Assembly: GCA_965205865.1 (NCBI GenBank)
Contig: CBDBHR010000028.1
Span: 128,001 to 192,000, forward strand
DNA length: 64,000 nt
Reading direction: 5' to 3'
DNA from: a bacterium
GTDB lineage: Bacteria; SAR324; NAC60-12
Shown here: piece after piece, positions 21,033-32,828 of the stretch
Position numbering within the stretch: position 1 is the stretch's first letter
How the letters are laid out: each line of letters starts with the position of its first letter
Translations under genes and position numbers: made by a program
The notes under the pieces: generated by a model
What the model was told of the DNA's origin: nothing
Database searches by the model: none
The model's input: only the letters and a program-made list of their open reading frames with translations

Positions 21033-22367
21033 TTAGTACAATTGCAAAATGTCGTTGTAGGTCACGGCAATCATGAAGAACATTAGCAGAGCAAACCCTA
21101 TCATTTGAGTACGTTCCCGGACCCCGGGGCTGAGCGGAGCGCCTTTCAATTTTTCAATGCCCAGGAAAAAAATATGTCCTCCATCCAGAGCTGGAATCGG
21201 CAAGAGATTGAAGATACCCAGTTGCAAACTGATGACAGCCATCAAAAAAAAGAGATTGGGCAGTCCCGTACGCACGGCATCGCCAATCACCACCCCAATA
21301 CGCAAAGGTCCTCCTAAATCGTCAAGAGATCCTTGACCTGCGATTATTTTTCCCAAAAATTGAAATGTCATGACAGTAATGAAAACCAGTCGCTCTGTTC
21401 CCATCACCACGGAATCTACGAAGCCATACGATTGTTTTACTTGTTCGACAGTCATACCCAGCAAGTAGGATCGAGTGCTTGCATTGAAATAAGGAGTTAC
21501 TGAAACAACCCGAATTTCTCCTCCATGTTCCACTTCGACATCAATTGGAATTCCCGCAGTCGCTTGTTCTTCAGAAAAAGAGGCATCCTCATTATTATCC
21601 AGCTGAGACTGGGTTTGCTGGATTATTCTGGCAATATCTCCCCACCTCGTCACTTCAAAATCATTGATTTGTAAAAGACGATCTCCGACTTGTAGCCCCG
21701 CTTCCCGAACCGGGGAGATTTGAGAAAATCCTCCAACGACCGGCGCCACTTGCGGGCTCCACCCGGGTCCTTGTTCTTTCAATTCTTCCAAAGTACCGCT
21801 CACTGCGGTCACATATCCTTCTCGTTCTATTTCAAAGGTGATGGCACTTTCTTCAACAGCAGCCAGCCGGCTTTGTAATTCCTCCCAACTACTGACAGGA
21901 TTTCTGTTGACGGCAATAATCTCATCACCTACTTTCATTCCGATATTGTCGGCAAAACTCTTTTGCTGAATTGCGGCAATGACGGGTGGGTCGAATAGAT
22001 ATTTGGGGATGCTGATACCGACCATGTAGACCAGCGGCATGAATAAAAAAGCAAAAAACAAGTTCACCGCTGGTCCTGCTACCAGAATATAAAAACGCTG
22101 TGCTATGCTTTTAGAGGCATAATTGCTGGGGTCCTTGGGATCTTCATCATTCATGTTCTGCCCGAACAATCGCACATACCCTCCCAGGGGAATCCAAGAA
22201 AGCGCATATTCGGTGTCTCCATATTTTTTGCTGATGACTCTTGGGGGAAATCCAATGGAAAAAGTCTCCACCCTCACTCCTACATGGCGAGCAGCCAGAT
22301 AATGCCCCATTTCGTGGATGAAGATTAGAAACCCTAAAACCAGAATGAATGAAAGAATCGTGATCAT
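21033..22367 (-). CDS. rseP: RIP metalloprotease RseP
   Basis: HEMGH, PLGGYV, two PDZ domains, NLLPIPALDGG; ATG overlaps the dxr stop. Confidence 0.95.
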   Translation of the reverse strand: MITILSFILVLGFLIFIHEMGHYLAARHVGVRVETFSIGFPPRVISKKYGDTEYALSWIPLGGYVRLFGQNMNDEDPKDPSNYASKSIAQRFYILVAGPAVNLFFAFLFMPLVYMVGISIPKYLFDPPVIAAIQQKSFADNIGMKVGDEIIAVNRNPVSSWEELQSRLAAVEESAITFEIEREGYVTAVSGTLEELKEQGPGWSPQVAPVVGGFSQISPVREAGLQVGDRLLQINDFEVTRWGDIARIIQQTQSQLDNNEDASFSEEQATAGIPIDVEVEHGGEIRVVSVTPYFNASTRSYLLGMTVEQVKQSYGFVDSVVMGTERLVFITVMTFQFLGKIIAGQGSLDDLGGPLRIGVVIGDAVRTGLPNLFFLMAVISLQLGIFNLLPIPALDGGHIFFLGIEKLKGAPLSPGVRERTQMIGFALLMFFMIAVTYNDILQLY

Positions 22368-23557
22368 GGTTTTTCTCCGTTTACGATTGACTGGGCGGTC
22401 CGACGGCCCCAATCATCCGCTTTCAATGCGTCCTCGACGCTTTTGATGTGATGTAAGAACGGGATTTGTGTTCCGGGATCGTTCTGTTGTTGGAATTGTT
22501 CAAAAGTTTGATTTAAAACAGATGCAATGTCCAGAAAATGAATATTTCCTGCCAGATAAGCAGCCACTACTGCTTCATTGGCGCCGTTGAGCACGGCAGG
22601 AGCCGCCCCACCCATCTCTCCCGCCGTTTTTGCCAATTGCAAGCAGGGGTATTTCTCCAAAGAAACATCTTCAAAATGTAGTTGCCCCAACTCCGATATC
22701 CTCATTTTAGGCCCTTTCAAAGGCAGACGATCGGGATAGGCCAGACAAAAAGCGAGGGGGATTCTCATATCCGGAAGTCCCAATTGCGCTATGAATGAGC
22801 CATCTCTGTATTCTACCAGTGAATGGACAATGCTTTCCCGATGAATGACCACCTTTATATCGGAAGTCGGAATACCAAACAACCATCGCGCCTCAATGAT
22901 TTCCAGTCCCTTATTCATCATGGTTGCCGAATCGATGGTGATCTTGTTTCCCATTTCCCAGTTGGGATGATCGAGAGCTTCTTCCAGCGTGATGGTTCCA
23001 AATTCAGACAATGGCCTGTCTCGGAAGGGTCCGCCGGACGCGGTCAAAATAATTTTTTCAATGTCTGACTTCTGGTGCCCCAGCATGGATTGAAATATTG
23101 CATTGTGCTCACTATCGGCAGGAAAGATCATGCTGCCTGTTTGATCGGCTTTATTCATAATCAATTCGCCGGCCAATACCATGGTTTCTTTGTTTGCCAA
23201 CACAATATCCCGCCCGGCGGTGAGCGCTGCAAAGGTAGAACTCAAACCGGCAGAACCAACAATTCCAGCAACCACCAACTCTGTCTGCGCTTCTGCCGCA
23301 ACTCGTACCAAACCTTCGGCACCATAAACGACATCCACATGGGAGGTTTTATGCTCGAGCCATTGAGCTTGTTCCGGAGACCCCACACAAACCATTTGTG
23401 GCTGAAATTCGCAGATTTGTTCGAATAATTGCTCCACCTTGTTTTGACAAGATAAGGCTATGATCTTAAATTGATCCGGAAACTGCCGGACAATATCAAG
23501 GGTGTTGACCCCTATGGAGCCTGTGGAACCCAAGACTGTCAGCCGCTTTGCTTCCAT
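22364..23557 (-). CDS. dxr: 1-deoxy-D-xylulose 5-phosphate reductoisomerase
   Basis: GSTGSIG, LANKE, DSEH, TASGGPF, KITIDSATMMNKGLE. Confidence 0.97.
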   Translation of the reverse strand: MEAKRLTVLGSTGSIGVNTLDIVRQFPDQFKIIALSCQNKVEQLFEQICEFQPQMVCVGSPEQAQWLEHKTSHVDVVYGAEGLVRVAAEAQTELVVAGIVGSAGLSSTFAALTAGRDIVLANKETMVLAGELIMNKADQTGSMIFPADSEHNAIFQSMLGHQKSDIEKIILTASGGPFRDRPLSEFGTITLEEALDHPNWEMGNKITIDSATMMNKGLEIIEARWLFGIPTSDIKVVIHRESIVHSLVEYRDGSFIAQLGLPDMRIPLAFCLAYPDRLPLKGPKMRISELGQLHFEDVSLEKYPCLQLAKTAGEMGGAAPAVLNGANEAVVAAYLAGNIHFLDIASVLNQTFEQFQQQNDPGTQIPFLHHIKSVEDALKADDWGRRTAQSIVNGEKP

Positions 23558-23564
23558 ATCCTGA

Positions 23565-24404
23565 TTATTGACTGATCCAAAACATAAAATAAAAGAACAC
23601 GGGAGTCGCCGTCAAAAACCCATCCACTCGATCCAATACTCCGCCATGTCCCGGAAATATCGTGCCGGAATCCTTGACCTCACACAAGCGCTTGATTTTG
23701 GACTCGAGTAAATCCCCCACCTGCCCTAGATACGAGACTCCTGATCCTACTAAAAATCCTGCGAACCAACCCAGGTTCTCAATAAAAAAACAGGAAAAAA
23801 CTGCGGCGACAATGCCACTACCCAATGCGCCACAGATGCTTCCCTCGATAGTTTTTTTTGGACTGACGGACGGCGCCAGCAGTATGCGACCAAAGGATTT
23901 TCCACCAAAATAGGCTGCCATGTCACTCGTCCAAATGCACAATACCAGCAATAACAAGAAAACCCTGCCTTCCGGCAACCCCCTGATCAAAGTCAAGTGA
24001 TTGAAACTCCAAGGGATCCATAAGATTCCGAACAAGCTGATACCCAAGACTTGCAACTCCGAAATATCATGGGAGGTCGTGAAGAGCAGATAATAAAAAA
24101 ACAACCCCAGACAGACAACCACCAAAGCGACCGTCAGACCCATCATTCCTCCCAGAATGGTCGCTCCTCCCATAAAAAACGTACTGCCCGTCATGACCAT
24201 CAGACTGAGACGCACTTTCTGCTCGAGCATATCATCAAATTCGTAAATGCCGACGAAGGTCAACGCCAACACCACGATTCCGACAACGGAAACGGGCGCA
24301 GAGAGCATAATGCCAATCACCAGGATGGCGGCAGGAACTGCGGTTTTAACACGAGTGGCCAACTCTCTTTTTTTTTCAGAAGCCGGCACTTCAGATGCGC
24401 TCAT
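23565..24404 (-). CDS. cdsA: Phosphatidate cytidylyltransferase
   Basis: SPKKTIEG, GDLLESKIKR..VKDSG..PGHGGVLDRVD. Confidence 0.95.
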   Translation of the reverse strand: MSASEVPASEKKRELATRVKTAVPAAILVIGIMLSAPVSVVGIVVLALTFVGIYEFDDMLEQKVRLSLMVMTGSTFFMGGATILGGMMGLTVALVVVCLGLFFYYLLFTTSHDISELQVLGISLFGILWIPWSFNHLTLIRGLPEGRVFLLLLVLCIWTSDMAAYFGGKSFGRILLAPSVSPKKTIEGSICGALGSGIVAAVFSCFFIENLGWFAGFLVGSGVSYLGQVGDLLESKIKRLCEVKDSGTIFPGHGGVLDRVDGFLTATPVFFYFMFWISQ

Positions 24405-24430
24405 GCTGAACTTTGAAAAATTACTGGCAA

Positions 24431-25150
24431 TCAGACCCCTCCCAAACGACGTTGACGTTGTTGAAAAACATGCAATGCCTCATAAAAATCGTTTTGGGTG
24501 AAATCCGGCCAAAGGATATCCGTAAAATAAAATTCGGAGTATGCAGACTGCCACAGCAAAAAATTGGAAATACGATGCTCCCCGCTGGTACGAATGATAA
24601 GATCCGGGTCCGGTAGATCGGCCGTGTACATGTATTTTGAAACAAAGGCTTCATCAATGAGATCCGGAGAGAGAGAACGTTGCTGGGCTTGTTTGGCGAT
24701 CAACTGAATGGCACGGATAATTTCTGCCCGTCCGCCATAATTCAATGCCAAATTCAGAACCATGCCACTATTATCTGCTGTGAATTCTAAAGTATGGTTG
24801 AGATATTTTTGTAAAAAATCCGGCAACCCGCTTCGGTCGCCAATCAAGCGAAAACAAATATTGTTGCGATTGAGATTATCGAGTTCTTTTTGGAGATATT
24901 CGGCAAACAGGTCCATCAATAGCGAAATCTCTTTTTGAGGGCGCTTCCAATTCTCTGTGGAAAAGGCGTAAAGTGTGAGAGAAATCAACTTCAGTTCTGC
25001 AGCGGTTTCTACGGCGCTTCTCACCGCATTGATCGCATTTCGGTGCCCTTGAGAGCGCTGCATGAGTCGTTTTTTGGCCCAACGCCCATTGCCGTCCATG
25101 ATTATGGCAACATGACGAGGCAAATGCTCTAAATCCAGTTGCTCCAACAT
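24431..25150 (-). CDS. uppS: Undecaprenyl diphosphate synthase
   Basis: HVAIIMDGNGRWA, FSTENWKRP, LNYGGR, IRTSGE.RISNFLLWQ. Confidence 0.97.
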   Translation of the reverse strand: MLEQLDLEHLPRHVAIIMDGNGRWAKKRLMQRSQGHRNAINAVRSAVETAAELKLISLTLYAFSTENWKRPQKEISLLMDLFAEYLQKELDNLNRNNICFRLIGDRSGLPDFLQKYLNHTLEFTADNSGMVLNLALNYGGRAEIIRAIQLIAKQAQQRSLSPDLIDEAFVSKYMYTADLPDPDLIIRTSGEHRISNFLLWQSAYSEFYFTDILWPDFTQNDFYEALHVFQQRQRRLGGV

Positions 25151-25248
25151 GTTTCTTCCGTCCTCAATGAATCGATGTGAGCATGACAATAAACCTGTCA
25201 CTTATGGACGCCTTTACGATTAATTTACCATAGACTGTAAAAAACTTA

Positions 25249-25806
25249 TCAACTTTTCAGCAAAAAATCGAGTTTGCTTTGTCCATACTGTTTTGACTGA
25301 ATAGGCTCCAAACGAGAGGGAAAGGCATATTGGAACAGCCGGGGCGATTCGACGACCAAAAGGGATTGGGAAGGAATTACCGCAAGCCCTCCAATCATTG
25401 CCAGAATTTTCTCGTATTCCTCAGAATGGTAGGGAGGATCTATAAAAATCAAGCATGGATGAACAGCTGTTGAAAAATGAGGCAACCAACGCCTCACCGG
25501 ACTGCGAATAAGAAGAGCTTGGTCCGCTTCCAATGGAAAAATGCTGATATTTTTTTTCAAAACCTGAAAGACGTTCCATGAATTCTCCACAAAAATAGCT
25601 TGCAGCACGCCCCGGCTCAGGGCTTCCAATCCCATTGCCCCGGAACCTGCATATAGATCCAGCGCGGTCATTTCCTGAAAATCCACCAGATTTTGCAAGA
25701 CATTGAATATCGACTCACGGTTTTTACTCAAGGTAGGACGAACTTTTTTACCAGGAGGAACTTCAATTTTTTTTCCGCGAAATTTGCCGCCTGCAATTGT
25801 AATCAC
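25249..25806 (-). CDS. rsmD: 16S rRNA m2G966 methyltransferase RsmD
   Basis: GGKFRG, RPT, LDLYAGSG, EALSRG, FIDPPY; GTG start after AAGGAG. Confidence 0.9.
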   Translation of the reverse strand: MITIAGGKFRGKKIEVPPGKKVRPTLSKNRESIFNVLQNLVDFQEMTALDLYAGSGAMGLEALSRGVLQAIFVENSWNVFQVLKKNISIFPLEADQALLIRSPVRRWLPHFSTAVHPCLIFIDPPYHSEEYEKILAMIGGLAVIPSQSLLVVESPRLFQYAFPSRLEPIQSKQYGQSKLDFLLKS

Positions 25807-26215
25807 CGCTTCTCCTTTTCTTGGAAGGACGTCTTTGCGGATTTCGACATATTCAAACAATAGATAATCGCTTCAATGTGGTTCCCTCGCTCTTCTTCTT
25901 TCAGAGCGCGTATCCTTAACGGCGCATTGCTTCGAATCGCATTGCCGGCTTCGTCTTTTTCAGAGACTTATAATACTCTCCCAGCTTCCCGGATCGATCC
26001 ATTCCAAATCTAATGACAACATGGCGACCTGATTTGATCATTCCAAAATTGCATGTAATTAAGGACTTCGGCTGAACCTGTCCGGTAAATTATTTCCATA
26101 TAAAAGAAAAAACTTTTTTTGCTTCAAAGTTACTCAATTTACGGTACCATGCAACGTCTGATTCAAATCCGTTGGCAACAACGATTCTCTGAAAACAAAT
26201 TATTGTGAGGATATT

Positions 26216-28030
26216 ATGAAGAAGTTGCTTTTTCTAATGATTTTATTCTGGAGTTCCATGATCTGGGCGGCTCCTCAAGTGACTGTCACCCACGCGCTCG
26301 CTCTGCTGGGTGAACCCAATTATGCTGCTGATTTTTCTCATTTTGAATATGCCAATCCCAATGCGTTGAAAGGGGGGACTCTGACGATCGCGGCGATTGG
26401 GACCTATGACAATTTTCACCGTTATGCTCAGCGGGGAGTAGCCGCTGCAGGAAGTGGAGATCTGTATGATTCCCTGATGGTGCAATCTGATGATGAAATC
26501 GAAGTGAGTTATGGATTGATTGCCGAAAAGGTCGAGTATCCGGAAGATTTCACCTGGATGATCTTTCACTTGAATCCAAAAGCTCGATTTCAGGATGGCA
26601 CCCCCATTACCGCTGACGACGTGGTATTTTCCTACAACACTTTTTTTGAAAAAGGAGTCCCTCAATTCAAGCAATACTATCAGGACGTGAGCGAAGTCGT
26701 TGCCTTGGATACCCACAAAGTGCGCTTTTCAGTCAAAGAGAGCAACAAGGAACTGCTTTTGTCCCTCGCCAGTCTGAATATCATGCCCCGCCATTTTTGG
26801 GAATCCCACGATTTTTCCGAGCCGCTCACCACCGCTCCTCTGGGGAGCTCCGCTTATCGCATCAAAGATTATAAAATCGGCCAGTATATCGTCTATGAGC
26901 GCGTAAAAGACTATTGGGCGGCCGATCTGCCCGTCAACAAGGGACAACATAACTTTGATCAAATCCGTTATGATTATTACCGGGATCAAACCGTTTCCCT
27001 GGAAGCATTCAAAGCCGGCGAGTTTGATTTTCGCAGTGAAAATATTTCCAAACAATGGGCCACTTTGTACACGGGGCCCAATTTTGACAAGGGTTATATT
27101 GTCAAAGAAGAAATCGAGCATGACATCCCCCAGGGAATGCAAGCCTTGGTCTTCAACATTCAAAAGCCTATTTTCAGTGACGTGCGAGTGCGGGAAGCAC
27201 TGAATTACGCATTGGATTTTGAATGGATGAACAAAAATCTCTTCTATGATCAATACAAGCGCACGCGCAGTTATTTTCAAAATTCTCAATACGAAGCGAA
27301 AGGGTTGCCTGGTGCGGAGGAGTTGAAAATTCTGGAACCAATGCGGGACCAGATTCCGGAACGCGTTTTCACCGACGAGTATCAACCTCCCGTCACTGAG
27401 GGTTCCGGCAATATCCGTCAACAAATCCGTGATGCCTTGAGACTCTTCAAAGAGGCAGGTTGGGAGATCATAGACAAAGTGCTGACCAACGTTGAAACGG
27501 GAGAACCTTTCGAGTTCGAATTATTGATTTACAGTCCTTCCATGGAACGGATTGCCGTACCCGTACAAAACAACCTGGAACGCATGGGCGTCAAAATGAG
27601 CATAAGGCAGGTAGATACCACCCAATTCACGAACCGGATGCGTGAACGGGATTACGACATGATCTCCGGAGGATTTTCTGCCAATTACTATCCTGGTACG
27701 GATCTGAAAATCGTCTGGCGCTCCGATTATCTGGATTACACCTACAATGCCGCCGGTGTCCAGGATCCTGCCGTCGACGCGATGGTAGACGGAATCGAAG
27801 CTTCGCAGCAGGATGAAGAAGCCCTCTTGCACTATGGTCGCGCTTTCGACCGGATCCTGCAATGGAATTTCTACGTCATTCCCGAATGGCATATCAGCAT
27901 ATTCCGGATCGCCTATTGGGATAAATTTTCCCGCCCTGAAATACGGCCCAAATACGACATTGGGATCGATACCTGGTGGGTGGACCCGGAAAAGGAAAAG
28001 AAACTACCCGAACGCAATGTGGCCCGGTAA
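26216..28030 (+). CDS. yejA: Peptide/microcin C ABC transporter substrate-binding protein
   Basis: HFEYANPNALKGG, NFDQIRYDYYRD, FDFRSEN; first gene of a yejABEF-type operon. Confidence 0.88.
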   Translation: MKKLLFLMILFWSSMIWAAPQVTVTHALALLGEPNYAADFSHFEYANPNALKGGTLTIAAIGTYDNFHRYAQRGVAAAGSGDLYDSLMVQSDDEIEVSYGLIAEKVEYPEDFTWMIFHLNPKARFQDGTPITADDVVFSYNTFFEKGVPQFKQYYQDVSEVVALDTHKVRFSVKESNKELLLSLASLNIMPRHFWESHDFSEPLTTAPLGSSAYRIKDYKIGQYIVYERVKDYWAADLPVNKGQHNFDQIRYDYYRDQTVSLEAFKAGEFDFRSENISKQWATLYTGPNFDKGYIVKEEIEHDIPQGMQALVFNIQKPIFSDVRVREALNYALDFEWMNKNLFYDQYKRTRSYFQNSQYEAKGLPGAEELKILEPMRDQIPERVFTDEYQPPVTEGSGNIRQQIRDALRLFKEAGWEIIDKVLTNVETGEPFEFELLIYSPSMERIAVPVQNNLERMGVKMSIRQVDTTQFTNRMRERDYDMISGGFSANYYPGTDLKIVWRSDYLDYTYNAAGVQDPAVDAMVDGIEASQQDEEALLHYGRAFDRILQWNFYVIPEWHISIFRIAYWDKFSRPEIRPKYDIGIDTWWVDPEKEKKLPERNVAR

Positions 28031-28048
28031 AGAGGGATTCTCAAACTT

Positions 28049-29149
28049 ATGGCTGCCTATATCGTTCGTCGATTACTGCTGATCATCCCCACCCTGTGGG
28101 CCATCATCACGATCAATTTCTTTGTGGTACAAATCGCGCCGGGAGGCCCGGTCGAACAGATGATCGCCAATATTACCGGGACGGGTTCCGGCCTGATGGA
28201 AAGGGTTTCCGGGGCCAACCAAACCGAAGTCCGGCAAGAGGCTACTACTAAAATTGGAGAAAAGAAGCAAAGTACCTATCGTGGAGCGCGGGGGCTCGAT
28301 CCGGAAGTGATTGCCGCCATTGAAAAACGCTTCGGTTTCGACAAAGCTCTCCATGTTCGCTATCTCGAGATGCTGCAAGATTATTTTTTCTTCAATTTTG
28401 GAGACAGTCTCTTTCGCGGGCGGACAGTCATTGATTTGATTGTTGAACGTCTGCCCGTTTCCGTTTCACTGGGGGTTTGGAGTACCTTGATTATTTACCT
28501 GGTGTGCATTCCCCTCGGCATTCGCAAAGCCGTCAGTCATAGCAGCCGTTTCGATGTCTGGACCAGTACCGTGGTCATCCTGGGCAATGCCATTCCCGGT
28601 TTCCTTTTTGCAATTGCGCTTATTATTTTTTTTGCGGGAGGAAGCTACCTGGACTGGTTTCCCCTGCGGGGACTGGTCTCTGTCAATTTCGCGGAACTGA
28701 GTTGGTACGAAAAAATCATTGATTATTTCTGGCACATGACCTTGCCGGTCATTTCCATCGTGATTGGCGGCTTTGCCACCCTGACTTTCCTGTCGAAAAA
28801 TTCATTTCTGGACGAAATCCAAAAACAATACGTGATGACGGCCCGGGCCAAAGGGTTGAAAGAAAAACAGGTGCTCTACAACCATGTTTTCCGTAATGCC
28901 ATGTTGATTATCATTGCCGGATTCCCCTCCGCCTTCATCAGCATGTTTTTTACCGGTTCCATGCTCATCGAAGTGATTTTTTCCTTGGAAGGGTTGGGAC
29001 TGTTGGGTTTTGAGGCCATCATTCAAAGAGACTATCCGGTCATGTTCAGCACCCTGTATATCTTTACCCTACTGGGACTCGTGCTGGGTTTGATCAGTGA
29101 CTTGACCTACACCATAGTCGATCCACGCATCGACTTTGAAAAGCGCTGA
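28049..29149 (+). CDS. yejB: ABC transporter permease YejB
   Basis: [35 protein letters not shown]. Confidence 0.9.
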   Translation: MAAYIVRRLLLIIPTLWAIITINFFVVQIAPGGPVEQMIANITGTGSGLMERVSGANQTEVRQEATTKIGEKKQSTYRGARGLDPEVIAAIEKRFGFDKALHVRYLEMLQDYFFFNFGDSLFRGRTVIDLIVERLPVSVSLGVWSTLIIYLVCIPLGIRKAVSHSSRFDVWTSTVVILGNAIPGFLFAIALIIFFAGGSYLDWFPLRGLVSVNFAELSWYEKIIDYFWHMTLPVISIVIGGFATLTFLSKNSFLDEIQKQYVMTARAKGLKEKQVLYNHVFRNAMLIIIAGFPSAFISMFFTGSMLIEVIFSLEGLGLLGFEAIIQRDYPVMFSTLYIFTLLGLVLGLISDLTYTIVDPRIDFEKR

Positions 29150-29160
29150 AAAGAGGAACA

Positions 29161-30183
29161 ATGCAATGGACTCGACTGCACCAGGAGCGTTGGAACAAAT
29201 TCAAAGCCAATCGCCGGGGATATTGGTCTCTCTGGATATTCGCATTCCTTTTTGTGGGCAGTATCGCCGCCGAATTGATCGCCAACGATAAGCCCTTACT
29301 CGTACGCTATCAATCCCAGTTCTTTTTCCCCTTCCTCTTCGACTATGCTGAAACCGAATTTGGAGGAGAATTCGATACCGAAGCGGATTATCGGGATAAA
29401 TATGTGCAAGAATTGATTCTCGAAAAAGGCTGGCTGCTGGAACCGCCCATTCCCTTCAGTTATAACACCATCAACTATAGTATACCCAGTCCCGCCCCTT
29501 CTCCTCCCACTTACGAAAACTGGCTCGGAACGGATGACAAGGGACGGGACGTGGTGGCACGGCTCATTTATGGTTTTCGCATTTCAGTTTTGTTCGGCCT
29601 TTTGCTCACTTTTTTTTCTTCCGTCATCGGTATTGCCGCAGGCGCCATCCAGGGATATTACGGAGGACGGGTTGATATCCTGGGACAGCGATTTATCGAA
29701 GTCTGGTCGGGGATGCCGACCCTGTTTTTGTTGATCATCCTATCCAGCGTGGTCCAACCCAATTTCTGGTGGTTGTTGGGGATCACCTTGCTTTTTGGCT
29801 GGATGGCGCTCGTGGGAGTGGTACGGGCCGAGTTCCTGCGGGGTCGCAATTTTGACTATGTGCGAGCCGCAAAAGCCCTCGGGGTCAGTGACAGGCAGAT
29901 CATGTTTCGTCATATTCTGCCCAATGCCATGGTCGCCTCCTTGACGTTCCTTCCTTTCATCCTCGGGGGTTCAATCACAACCCTCACTTCACTGGATTTT
30001 TTAGGATTTGGTCTTCCCGTCGGATCTCCCTCTCTGGGGGAATTGCTGGCGCAGGGAAAAGCAAATCTTCAAGCCCCCTGGCTTGGCATATCCGCCTTTT
30101 TCATGCTGGCCGCCATGCTCAGCTTACTGGTCTTCATTGGCGAAGCAGTGAGAGATGCCTTTGATCCCCGCAGGAGTTATTAG
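29161..30183 (+). CDS. yejE: ABC transporter permease YejE
   Basis: NRRGYWSL, LGTDDKGRD, RAEFLRGR, RDAFDPR. Confidence 0.9.
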   Translation: MQWTRLHQERWNKFKANRRGYWSLWIFAFLFVGSIAAELIANDKPLLVRYQSQFFFPFLFDYAETEFGGEFDTEADYRDKYVQELILEKGWLLEPPIPFSYNTINYSIPSPAPSPPTYENWLGTDDKGRDVVARLIYGFRISVLFGLLLTFFSSVIGIAAGAIQGYYGGRVDILGQRFIEVWSGMPTLFLLIILSSVVQPNFWWLLGITLLFGWMALVGVVRAEFLRGRNFDYVRAAKALGVSDRQIMFRHILPNAMVASLTFLPFILGGSITTLTSLDFLGFGLPVGSPSLGELLAQGKANLQAPWLGISAFFMLAAMLSLLVFIGEAVRDAFDPRRSY

Positions 30184-30188
30184 ATTTT

Positions 30189-31784
30189 ATGACGCAGGCA
30201 TTGATTCAAATAAAGGATTTGACGATTGCTTTCCAAAAAGGCGAGCAGATCGACCGGGTTGTGCAAGGCGCCTCCCTGGAAATCAATCCGGGAGAAATAC
30301 TGGCGCTCGTAGGAGAAAGCGGCTCCGGAAAAACCGTCACTGCCATGTCGATCCTCCGTCTCCTACCCATGCCCCCTGCCGTCTATCCCAACGGGCAAAT
30401 CTGGTACGACGGCAAAAATACGCTGCAACTCTCGGAGCAGGAACTGCAGCGTATCCGGGGAAATCGCATCGGCGTCATCTTTCAAGAACCCATGATGTCG
30501 TTGAATCCTTTGCATACCATTAAAAAACAATTGAATGAAACCCTTTCCCTGCACCAGGGACTGACGACTGCCCAGGCGACGCGACGCAGTTTGGAATGGT
30601 TGCGGCGCGTTGAGATCAATGATCCTGAAAAACGATTGACCGCCTATCCTCATCAATTGTCGGGTGGCGAGCAGCAACGGGTGATGATCGCTATGGCCCT
30701 GGCCAACAATCCCGATTTGCTGATCGCCGATGAGCCGACGACCGCCCTGGATGTCACCGTGCAGGCTCAAATTCTTGCCTTGATCAAGGAATTACAAAGT
30801 GAACTGGGCATGGCCATTCTCTTCATCACTCATGATTTGGGTATTGTCCACCGTATTTCCAACCGCGTGACCGTAATGCGGCACGGGGAAATTGTCGAAC
30901 AGGCGGCCACCAAAACTATCTTTCAAACCCCCAAGCACCCCTATACGCGCTTGCTGCTTGATTCAGAACCCAAAGGAGACGCGCAAGAATCAAAAGCAGA
31001 CGCAGCGCCCCTGATCCACGTTGAAAACCTCAAAGTCTGGTTTCCGATACAACGTGGTATCTTGCGTCGCACCCAGGATTATGTCAAAGCCGTCAACAAT
31101 ATTTCGTTTGACGTTAAAAAAGGACAGACATTGGGAATCGTAGGGGAAAGTGGTTCCGGTAAATCTACCACCGGACTGGCGCTCTTACGATTGGTGGAGA
31201 GTGAAGGGAGAATCCAATTCCAAGACCAGCAGTTGCAGGAATTTTCCAATAAGGAAATGCGTCCCTTCCGAAAACGCATGCAAATCATTTTTCAAGATCC
31301 CTTCGGCAGTTTGAGCCCCCGCCTTTCGGTGGCTCAGATTATCGGAGAAGGACTGCAAATTCATAGCGATGCGTCTCCTGAGGAAATCGACCGGAAAATC
31401 GTCCGGGTGATGGAAGAAGTGGAGTTGGACCCGCAAACCAGACACCGCTATCCCAACGAATTTTCCGGGGGTCAACGTCAACGCATCGCCATGGCGCGGG
31501 CCCTGGTGTTGAAGCCCGATTTCATTGTTCTGGATGAACCTACCTCTTCCTTGGACCGTTCCGTACAATTTCAGGTGATCCAGTTGCTCAAGGACTTGCA
31601 GGAACACTATGGATTGACCTATATCTTCATCAGCCATGACTTGAAAGTTATCAAATCCCTCTGTCATGAAATATTGGTGATGAAAAAAGGGGAAGTGATG
31701 GAATATGGTTTTGCCAATCAGATCTTTTCTCGACCTCGGCATGCTTACACCCAGGAGTTGATGGAAACGGCATTCGAACGGTAA
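30189..31784 (+). CDS. yejF: ABC transporter ATP-binding protein YejF (two ATPase domains)
   Basis: Two GESGSGK Walker A motifs and two YP..(L/F)SGG signatures. Confidence 0.9.
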   Translation: MTQALIQIKDLTIAFQKGEQIDRVVQGASLEINPGEILALVGESGSGKTVTAMSILRLLPMPPAVYPNGQIWYDGKNTLQLSEQELQRIRGNRIGVIFQEPMMSLNPLHTIKKQLNETLSLHQGLTTAQATRRSLEWLRRVEINDPEKRLTAYPHQLSGGEQQRVMIAMALANNPDLLIADEPTTALDVTVQAQILALIKELQSELGMAILFITHDLGIVHRISNRVTVMRHGEIVEQAATKTIFQTPKHPYTRLLLDSEPKGDAQESKADAAPLIHVENLKVWFPIQRGILRRTQDYVKAVNNISFDVKKGQTLGIVGESGSGKSTTGLALLRLVESEGRIQFQDQQLQEFSNKEMRPFRKRMQIIFQDPFGSLSPRLSVAQIIGEGLQIHSDASPEEIDRKIVRVMEEVELDPQTRHRYPNEFSGGQRQRIAMARALVLKPDFIVLDEPTSSLDRSVQFQVIQLLKDLQEHYGLTYIFISHDLKVIKSLCHEILVMKKGEVMEYGFANQIFSRPRHAYTQELMETAFER

Positions 31785-31790
31785 ACTCTT

Positions 31791-32828
31791 ATGGGGTTTT
31801 CAAGGAGAACAAAAAAAATTGTCGCAAAAACAGTTTCCTGCGAGAGATGGTCCATGCTCTCTTTCGTATCAGGATTGCTTTTCTTCTTGTTCCTATTGAT
31901 CAATACCCTTGTTTGCTTCAGCATCATGGTGCCTGCCATGTGCTTGAAACCACTCGCTGACCGCACTTCTTTTTCCACACGATTCTCGGTATTTCTAATA
32001 AAAATCGTTACTTTATGGGCAGATGGCAACACTTTGATACTGGACTTGCTCAAAAACCATCAGTGGAAAATTGAAATTCCGCAGGAATTGAAACCCGACC
32101 AGTGGTATCTACTGATATGCAATCACCAATCCTGGGCCGATATATTCGTGATTTTCAAAGCATTCAACCACAAAATTCCCTTTCCTAAATTTTTCGTCAA
32201 AGAAGAATTGATGTTGTATCCCATATTAGGGGTTGTTTTCTGGGCTATGGATTTTCCCATCATGAAACGCTATTCGAAAAGTTATTTGGAACAACATCCG
32301 CAACAAAAAGGGAGAGATTTGGAAACCACCCGGCAGTCTTGTGAAAAATTCAAAGACCTTCCCACCACTATCGTCAATTTTTTGGAAGGTTCGCGTTACA
32401 AAACGAAGAAAGCCATCGCGCAAGACACTCCATACCGGCACCTGCTCCTGCCCAAAGCCGGAGGAACGGCTTCAGTGCTCTATAGCATGGGAGACTATCT
32501 CAGCGCGGCAATCGACGTGACCATCGCTTATGAAAAACCTCGGATGACGATGTGGGATATCGCCTGCGGTCCGTCTCGTCAAATCATGGTTCACGCGGAC
32601 TTGGTGCCGATTCCCCCTGACTTCATGCAGAGGGACTACCGGCAAGATGCGGAATTTCGGCAAAATATACAGCAATGGATCAATCAAAAATGGACTGCGA
32701 AGGACACCCTCATTGAATCGTTTCGAGAGAACTGCCAATCCTCGCTTCCCATGGCATCGTCTGCTCGATCGGATGGGAACCCCCGGCAGACCATGGGAGA
32801 TCCTGAGTCCCGGCAGGGACGGCGCTAG
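31791..32828 (+). CDS. Lysophospholipid acyltransferase (YihG-like)
   Basis: NHQSWAD, FLEGSR, LLPKAGG; start may be near 31853. Confidence 0.85.
   Translation: MGFSRRTKKIVAKTVSCERWSMLSFVSGLLFFLFLLINTLVCFSIMVPAMCLKPLADRTSFSTRFSVFLIKIVTLWADGNTLILDLLKNHQWKIEIPQELKPDQWYLLICNHQSWADIFVIFKAFNHKIPFPKFFVKEELMLYPILGVVFWAMDFPIMKRYSKSYLEQHPQQKGRDLETTRQSCEKFKDLPTTIVNFLEGSRYKTKKAIAQDTPYRHLLLPKAGGTASVLYSMGDYLSAAIDVTIAYEKPRMTMWDIACGPSRQIMVHADLVPIPPDFMQRDYRQDAEFRQNIQQWINQKWTAKDTLIESFRENCQSSLPMASSARSDGNPRQTMGDPESRQGRR

Noticed and set aside
25860-26020. Minus-strand fragment (SIREAGRVL*VSE...IRALKEEE) reminiscent of a transposase HTH
   Set aside because: Too short and interrupted; no IRs found
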